A DNA stretch of 17,127 nt, taken from positions 1 to 17,127 of the forward strand of contig CBDDTI010000624.1 of assembly GCA_965233585.1 (NCBI GenBank). The letters are read 5' to 3'. The DNA comes from a bacterium (GTDB lineage Bacteria > SAR324 > NAC60-12). Position 1 is the stretch's first letter. Each line of letters opens with the position of its first letter. The notes below the pieces were generated by a model. It did no database searches. It was given only the letters and a program-made list of their open reading frames with translations, and had not been told where the DNA came from. Position numbers and translations under genes: made by a program. This document shows, piece by piece, positions 10,616 to 17,127 of the stretch.

Positions 10616-11639
10616 TTAAAAAATTAGGAACAAAATAGGAGAATCACTACTACTTTAATGAACAAAGATAACCTCTCTACACCCCATTTACTATCCCAAT
10701 CAACTGCTTTGATCCAGCAACATTGACAGAAATTTACATATTCATAACTATGCAGTCATTTTGACTTTAAAGTTGTAATTCTTCTTAGCTCTCATTGTGA
10801 TAACAACATCAGTTTGGTTAACACTGGAATATAAAAAGGAAAAATAACTGAAGAGCAATTGTCAAATTAACATTTGAATATTTCGTCAGAAACAAGATTC
10901 TACACTGAATTCATCAATTTTAATTCCCTGGTTTTAACAGTAGAACGGAACTACTCCAGTTTCATGTCACTCAAACTATGCTGTTCTTTCAAAACTTCAA
11001 AATCAAGGCAGCAGACAAGAGCAAACAAAACAAATCCATAGTGAAGTTTAAAATGACAGATCACCCTCAGTTTGATGTTTAAGTGACAGTAATCTGCTCA
11101 CATTTCATACTGTTTATCAATGATAGTTCACCCTTAATTTGACTTTCTTTTCTTTGATGAACATCATCTTAATGACATGAGCATCTTCCAGTTTCAAATT
11201 TGATCACATAACAGTTCAGTGTAAGGAAATGTCTGGCTATATTTGATTTATTTTCAAAGGGTTTTTGCAGAATACTGTATCATCTGTTGACTTCTACAAA
11301 GTCACATGAACTACATTAATTTATAGATACAACAGGTGCAGTAGAAAATCATTGAATAACATGTTAAAAGACGTATATGTAAGCTATGCATGACCAGAAA
11401 TCCACTAAGCAACAGAACACAACAAGTGTACTGTTCCTAATATTTTATTTGTTAATTTTGAACATCAAAGTCATGACACAAATAGCTTTATTCTACATCT
11501 ACATCTGAAACACCATCTGCAGGCTATAAATGCATTTTCAATTTTTAGCACACGCTGCATAATTAGCCATAAAAATAGGACATATGGGAAAAACACTGGA
11601 CACTTTGCTGGCCTGAATGTGACCACCTAGGCTAGACAT

Positions 11640-11672
11640 TTTGGGAAGTCGCTTACAGGAGGTTCGACTGTA
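11640..11672 (-). mobile_element. Solo TA|CAGTCGAACCTCCTGTAAGCGAC terminus (pogo/Tc1-mariner-like MITE remnant)
   Basis: TA plus CAGT end on the minus strand; partner not found. Confidence 0.4.
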
Positions 11673-11844
11673 CATATATAGTTTCAAGAGCATAACTTTA
11701 AGAATTCTCCACTTCCAATAAACAATAATTACAGTAATCAACAAATCAAGTCACTTGCCCAAATACTGTGTGGTGAAGAGTTGGATATTGAGTGGAATAT
11801 TTAACTGAAAATAATTATTTCATTGGTACATAAAAATACATGTA

Positions 11845-12158
11845 CACATGGCTGCCACTGGCATAACTTTTCAAGATCCCCTGACTTTTCCCTAAAAAAA
11901 ATAAACTTTTCCTGACCAAAGAAATGCAAAATGTCAGGTCTAGTAGTGGCTTCTTCTTCCATTTGTTCATTAAACCTTATAAATTCATTGAGATCACAGT
12001 GAACCCACATGTTTGTTCCAGCCTTCAATAGTATTAAATCAGCTGTATTACCGTTAAATTATTTCAATTTTCCCTGACTCTAAATAAAACTCTGTGACCT
12101 TTTCATGACCTTGAAGAATTTTTTCCAAGACCATTTTCCTAACCTCTGGCAACCCCTG
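11845..12158. mobile_element. Degenerate hAT-like MITE
   Basis: CATGGCTGCCA ... TGGCAACCCCTG ends, repeated TTCCCTGAC-like motifs, candidate 8-bp TSD TACATGTA / TACAAGTA. Confidence 0.45.
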
Positions 12159-12693
12159 TACAAGTAAACATCAATGTAATAAGGCATTGCAGCGATCACT
12201 GCCCAATAGACTGAATACAAAATGACAACTTGAATTTGTTATTAAAAATATATAGGGCTAGCAGGACAATGAGGTCAAAACCATTAACATTTTGTACCAA
12301 ACAGTAACTAAATTGCTATGCAGTTATTGAAGGGATCATTTAAATCATTAAATGTAATGATATATTAGCAATGAAAAACAATTATAAGAAATAACCGGTA
12401 CCACTGTAGAACCAGATAAACTACAGCTTGGACTATCCTGTTAAACCCTTTCAAACATAGAAGACTTCTGGATAGATGTGTAACTGATTTTTCGGAATTG
12501 TTACTTTTTGTTTACCTTCATTATATTCCCTATGCGATACTTTGCAGAATGCAGACGAACAAAAACGCTTCTAGCATGTATAGCTGTTCGCTCATTACTG
12601 AGCTTAGAAGAAACACAGCAGGCACGGTAGAATCTTGGCGCGGTACGCGATCGAAGCCGCTTAGGACGAAGCCAAGCCTGGGACGAAGCCATA

Positions 12694-12861
12694 AATCCAG
12701 TTAGCAACAACGCTAGCACCGTCCTGTTTCTAAAACCATATTTTCCCGTATGGCATCGAACTGTTTCCTCTTCAATTCTCGTTCGGGTTTACCTAGCTTC
12801 TCTAAGAAAAACTTGATAGCCTTCTAAAAATCTCCAAATCGGCAGAGAAGTCAGACGCCAT
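12694..12861 (-). pseudogene. N-terminus of a second RecQ-type helicase, cut inside Walker A
   Basis: aagATGGCG at 12861. Across frameshifts it reads KAIKFFLEKLGKPERELKRKQFDAIRE...RTVLALLLTGF, then breaks into TATGGCTTCGTCC. Confidence 0.75.
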
Positions 12862-12926
12862 CTTGCATTAGATCCTCACGCCTGCGCAGTTTGACCGGAA
12901 TAACAAGAATCCTGGGCTGTTATTTT

Positions 12927-12990
12927 CCCAGAGTACTTCGTTTTCCCGTTCCGCTGGACAAGGGTAACGAGGGCTCTGGGGACGAGATTG
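12927..12990 (-). mobile_element. Terminus (CAATCTCGTCCCCAGAG) of a second putative AcademH-like element
   Basis: YR end ~130 bp upstream of the helicase ATG, with an internal inverted pair CCCAGAG / CTCTGGG. The other end and TSD were not found. Confidence 0.55.
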
Positions 12991-13107
12991 TTCACTATCG
13001 GACTATCGAGATTTGGAGCACACGTACGTTACTGAATTTGATTGCGTGGCACTGCTAGCTATTTTATAACGCCATTTCGCATATTATGAGAAAGTATAGT
13101 CCGCCAT

Positions 13108-13744
13108 TTAACAAATTGACGTCCGTTTTTTATGCGTCTGTCCTGTTATTGATCATGAATTTCGTCATCACAATGTCAAAGTAGCTGTGGATCCACGAGG
13201 CGATAGCCGAGTGGATCCGCAGACTACTTTGACAATGTGATGACGAAATTCATGATCAATAACAGGACAGACGCATTAAAAACTGACATCAATTTGTTTT
13301 TTACGATAACAAATTGTCGAATTGCCCGCTCTCGCTCGCTGACGCGTCGCATGAATTTTAAATTTATGTGTCTGTCCGCATATTGACAATTAACAACTAT
13401 TCACCGAAGTGGAGGTGGCTAGCGGTGGATATTTACCGAGCCGCGAAGCGGCGAGGTAAATATCCAACGCTAGCCACCGACACTGAGGTGAATAGTTGTT
13501 TTAGTATATACTAAAACAGTGAGATAATATACACCACAAAGACTTAATTTGGATGATTTCTTCACTTGTCACGGCCGCAAACCGGGACGCCATTTTCTCT
13601 TGAGTTGCTCGGAGGTAAATAGCACAGGATATTCGGAGTTTGACGAGCCAATCAGCGCGCGCGTTTAACACTATCCACTGTTTTAGTATATACTAATAAA
13701 AATTAGCCAATGAGCGCGCGTGAATTTCTGCAGTTATCGTAAAA
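13108..13744. mobile_element. Hairpin element (putative Crypton-like), outer copy
   Basis: Hairpin 13110-13298, then TTTTACGATAAC (13299-13310) inverted to GTTATCGTAAAA (13733-13744). Confidence 0.75.
13391..13696. mobile_element. Hairpin element (putative Crypton-like), nested inner copy
   Basis: Hairpin 13392-13500, then TTAGTATATACTAAAACAGTG (13501-13521) inverted to 13676-13696. Confidence 0.75.
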
Positions 13745-14040
13745 ATTGGAATAGCCGACAATTTCCGAAAACTCATCGGCTCGGAAACTCGCTCCTAGTA
13801 CTCCTCGGTTGTCCTTGTGAGCGGTAGGATTTAGGCACAACCAACACCGAGGCCCAACTAGCCTCGCTTTCATACAGCTCGTTCAAGGCGACGACGGAGT
13901 GGTCCGCCATATTTGCATAGGGTGTATAATAGCGTCCTTTATGTTGTTGTTAATGCCAACAAACGTTTGCCCCGAGATTAAGAATTTGAGTATCGAACCG
14001 ACTCTTTGTTATGACATTGCAGGATAAGCTTATTTCTGGT

Positions 14041-14310
14041 AGAAAATATACTGCAAAGGTTGGTCAAGACAACGTGAACATAGGCGTTGTTACAATATTT
14101 CGGCTGGCCAACAGGTTTAAACCTGAAGAAGGCTGGTGTTGGCCAGCCGAAATATTGTAACAACGCCCATGTTCACGTTGTCTTGACCAACCTTTGCAGT
14201 ATATTTTCTATTTTTAAAGTTTTTTGGTCTGGTCACGATCTATTTTGATCCAACGTAGAGCAAGTTTTGATCGTACACGGTTTTTGCAGTGGTTTAATCC
14301 TTAAAAAAGT
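14041..14310 (+). mobile_element. Very short Penelope-like insertion with 5' inversion
   Basis: 12-bp TSD CTTATTTCTGGT (14029-14040, 14311-14322). 14040-14113 is inverted to 14137-14210, followed by a ~100-bp unpaired tail. Contains a hammerhead core. Confidence 0.8.
14121..14158 (+). ncRNA. Minimal hammerhead ribozyme core, canonical C3-G8, stem I nearly lost
   Basis: CTGAAGA-A-GGCTGG-TGTTGG-CCAGCC-GAAA-TA-TT; only AC/GT remains of stem I. Confidence 0.65.
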
Positions 14311-14611
14311 CTTATTTCTGGTGCACACACAACTCGAAATGATTTAAGTTTTATTCGGTTAAGAGTTACAGCAACTTTACATGCCAGTCATCGGAAGGGG
14401 CGAATGTCTACAGAAAATGATACTTATGATCTTAAGATCTGCAAGCTGAACTTATCGTGCCAGGTGAATGGGATCATTCGATATAAACATACCGCTTCCC
14501 TCCGGCCTACGCTTCCACGTTCTAGTCTTCCTGCCGTGAGTTATCGCCGTATTGGACACCTGCCTCGTTTTCATGCTCTCGTACCGAGGCTCACCCGAGC
14601 GGCCCGCCAAT

Positions 14612-14830
14612 ATTTTGTGTTGTTTCGACAAGTTTGTGTTGTTTCGATAATTTTGTGTTGTGTTTCGACAATTTTGTGTTGTGTTTCGATAATTTTGGTT
14701 TGTGTTTCACAAATATTGATTTGTGTTTCAAAAATATTGTGTTGTGTTTCACAAATATTGACTTGTGTTTCACAAATATTGACTTGTGTTTCAAAACTTT
14801 TGTATTGTGTTTCAAGAATTGTTTGTTGTG
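14612..14830. repeat. Subterminal 21-bp tandem array (TTGTGTTTCACAAATATTGAC-like)
   Basis: About ten imperfect units abutting the right TIR. Explains the 7-aa periodic ORFs. Confidence 0.92.
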
Positions 14831-14852
14831 TTTGCAGATATGGGCCACCGTA

Positions 14853-14920
14853 GCTTTGTGAACAAAACTCTCAGTAGAAGCATTTAAAGCTGACAAAAAC
14901 TCGCTCTCTTCGCTCGCATC
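14853..14920 (-). pseudogene. First part of the split RecQ-type helicase (ASEESEFLSALNASTESFVHKA)
   Basis: In frame with 8900-8780 once 8901-14852 and one TSD copy are removed. Confidence 0.75.
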
Positions 14921-15413
14921 ATCAGACGTCGTGATGGAATTCGTCAGCTCGCGGGATTTCTTTGATCGGAAGTCACACGGCCACACAGGAAACCAATTAA
15001 TGGCTTAGTTCTAAGTATCTTTTGTTTCTTGACCAATCAGAGAAAAGTCCAGATTCTGGACTAGCAACAGACAAATAGTCAAGTAATTGTATCAGGCATA
15101 CCTTCCCGCGGCGAAAATAAAGGGACGCCTGATCGCAGGTCAAGTCTAACACGGAATGTCAGTCTTACTGGTGCTATACAAGGGACGAATTTCATCATTT
15201 GCTTGAAGCAGATATCGAACTATTAGTAACCTTAACTTGAACATTCCTTGCTTCCATAGTAATAGGTGTCAGCTTAGTTAAATGTTAGGTTATTCATTCG
15301 ATCCGCTATCTAAGTATAGTTATCGATCGAAACGATGAGACCAGTGAAATCTCTTCAAAGCCATCTGGATGGCCGCTCCACTATGGTTGCCGAAAAGTAG
15401 CAAAATTTGACAA

Positions 15414-15715
15414 AAAATATTTTCATTCGATAAATGACATATTTTCATTCACTAAAAATATTTTCATTAGATAAATGACATATTTTTATTCGTTAAAATA
15501 TTTTCATGTGATAAATGACATATTTTCATTCGCTAAAAATATTTCATTCGATAAATGACATATTTTTATTCGTTAAAATATTTTCATTCGATAAATGACA
15601 TTTTCATTCGTTAAAAATATTTTCATTCCATAAATGACATATTTTCATTCGTTAAAAATAGTTTCATTCGATAAATGACATTTTTATTCGCTAACAATAT
15701 TTTCATGCGATAACA
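15414..15715. repeat. ~40-41-bp tandem array built of two ATTTTCATTCG-containing half-units
   Basis: About seven and a half copies of AAAATATTTTCATTCGATAAATGACATATTTTCATTCGTT. Confidence 0.93.
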
Positions 15716-15799
15716 AAATATATGTTCAATAAAGTCACGTGACCCAAGGTACGCCACGGTCACAAAGCTTGCCGCCATCGGCCATTTTATGTTGTCAAA

Positions 15800-17127
15800 A
15801 TGGAGGGAAACAGGGCATTAAATCGCTCGATCATACGGAGTGAAGTGAGGCAGGCCATCAGTGAGTACTTTGCCAAAAGACGTAGTCCTCAGGCTGCAGC
15901 GAGTGAGTGTCAATAGAGTAATTTTCAAGTGATACTTTGCAGCGAATGAAGTCGCTCTTTTGTGTAGTTACTGAAACTTACGAAAGCTTGCGTTTTTGGT
16001 AGTCGCACCACAGACACCACAACAACTTGGAAGTAATCAGGATCAGCGTTTTTAATCCGGCAAGAGACATAATGAGATCAAATAGCACGTCAAGTAATGG
16101 TAACTCAAGCTTTCCTAAAAGACCCCGTCTGGATAGGAAGAGATATACTGTTCCAACAGTTAAAGAGTTTTGCAAAACAGTTCTGGTTCTTGCACCCTCA
16201 AATGAACATACATATCACTTAAGGTGATTCCTCAGTATTGCATTGTGCATCCCTACTGCGCACGATTTTTGCGTCATTAGCGCGCGCAAATTAGCGCGTG
16301 CACGTACACAACGAAAGAAATTTCCCTCCAGCTAAGCTCGATAGCGAAATAAATGCTCGTTTTCTTTTAAACCAGCATTAATTTATGAATGTATTTTTTT
16401 TATTTCGTGATGTGTAACTAATTGTGGCTAAATAATAAATGAGAACTAAAAAATTTTATCGGAAGGAAAAAAAGATATAGGTTTAAGAGTGCACGAAACC
16501 GTTACTCTGTGGTACAAATTATGACCGCCATAATAACGACTCTACGAATGCTTTACGTCCACGTCGTTTCAAATAGTGTGTTGTTTCCACAAATTTTATA
16601 TGATATTGTTCTATATGCTCGACACTTTCTAGCTGTCAAGTTTTTTCCCGAGTATTACTCTTATAAACTATTTTTCGAGCTACCGCAAAATGTAACGTGG
16701 ACCGATGAATAACGTACGCGATTAGCACGAGTACAGGCACAAATTAGGTAAGATTGGCCCATCACATCTCTTATACGAGAATGGTGACCTATCATTTTTA
16801 TTGTATTTTTTGAAACAGTGCTTGGTAGAGAACATTCAGGGAAAGTTTCAGAAAAATTCATCGGTAACTTTTATTTGTGAGGAATCACCTTAACTAATGA
16901 CCAAATATTGGGGCACGCTGAGGTTGACTTTTGGGCCAAGATTGTCCAGGTAGTTGAGCAGCTAGGACATGATATCAAACCTGATGGCTTCGAGTTTGTT
17001 TAAGTGCAGTCCAAGAGGGTTTCGGTTCCATTTGTAGCCACTGGACACAAGTAGGATTTCAAGCATGTCAAAAACCTCTGTGGTCAAGGAAAGATCTACA
17101 TATGGCTACTGTCATATCTGACAGAGC
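15800..17127 (+). pseudogene. Spliced, disrupted gene of unknown product (transposon accessory type)
   Basis: aaaATGG exon 15800-15902 with a GTGAGT donor. The frame from 16027 continues across the MITE: ...NEHTYHL|TNDQILGHAEVDF...DGFEFV*VQSKRVSVP...K*DFKHVKNLCGQGKIYIWL. Stops at 17001 and 17052. Confidence 0.65.
16223..16889 (+). mobile_element. 667-bp Kolobok-like MITE
   Basis: TTAA|GGTGATTCCTCA ... TGAGGAATCACC|TTAA: perfect 12-bp TIR and TTAA TSD (16219-16222, 16890-16893). Confidence 0.9.

Larger units (their letters stand above)
8901..14852. mobile_element. IS3EU-like DNA transposon (TACGG...CCGTA), no transposase recognised
   Basis: 34-bp TIRs 8901-8934 / 14819-14852 with one mismatch. 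TSD GCTTTG (8895-8900, 14853-14858). Removal restores the helicase frame. Confidence 0.85.
8393..15142 (-). mobile_element. AcademH-like DNA transposon, internally deleted (~0.8 kb of own sequence) and expanded by a nested insertion
   Basis: Imperfect TIRs 8393-8470 / 15068-15142 (TAACCTGCGATCAGGCG...CGCCTGATCGCAGGTCA). 9-bp TSD AGTCTGACA (8384-8392) / AGTCTAACA (15143-15151). Contains a RecQ-type helicase N-terminus. Confidence 0.85.
15382..17127 (+). mobile_element. Left part of a probable TATGG-ended (IS3EU-like) transposon running off the window
   Basis: TATGGTTGCCG start, tandem array directly behind it, then a spliced gene remnant. The right end is not visible. Confidence 0.5.

Noticed and set aside
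8780..12861. Functional host RecQ gene
   Set aside because: Two different N-termini, many stops and frameshifts, no clear DEAH motif, and enclosure by TIRs and TSDs.
13770..13910. Minus-strand aatATGGCG start (MADHSVVALNELYESE...)
   Set aside because: Good start context but a short frame with no recognisable motif or splice support.
14404..14861. Cys-rich or periodic ORFs on both strands
   Set aside because: Read-through of a stop-free 21-bp array. Only the part of the minus ORF above 14853 has independent support.

Overview
AT-rich eukaryotic DNA, most like a cnidarian/stony-coral genome (inferred from repeat architecture and aaaATGG start contexts, not proven). No intact host gene is visible; the window is almost entirely nested transposable elements. 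Nest 1 (2648-7165): a loop-less foldback element holds a TSD-less hairpin (Crypton-like) element, which holds a 5'-inverted Penelope-like retroelement (GIY-YIG, 13-bp TSD, two minimal hammerhead ribozymes with a compensatory U3-A8 core), which holds a TA-microsatellite MITE. Nest 2 (8393-15142): an AcademH-like element (about 75-bp TIRs, 9-bp TSD) whose RecQ-type helicase N-terminus is split in frame by a 5.95-kb TAYGG-ended, 6-bp-TSD (IS3EU-like) element. That insert carries a second decayed RecQ-type helicase, nested hairpin elements and a second hammerhead-bearing Penelope remnant. Both window ends hold further TAYG-ended termini with tandem arrays followed by spliced gene starts; the right-hand gene is interrupted by a TTAA (Kolobok-like) MITE.
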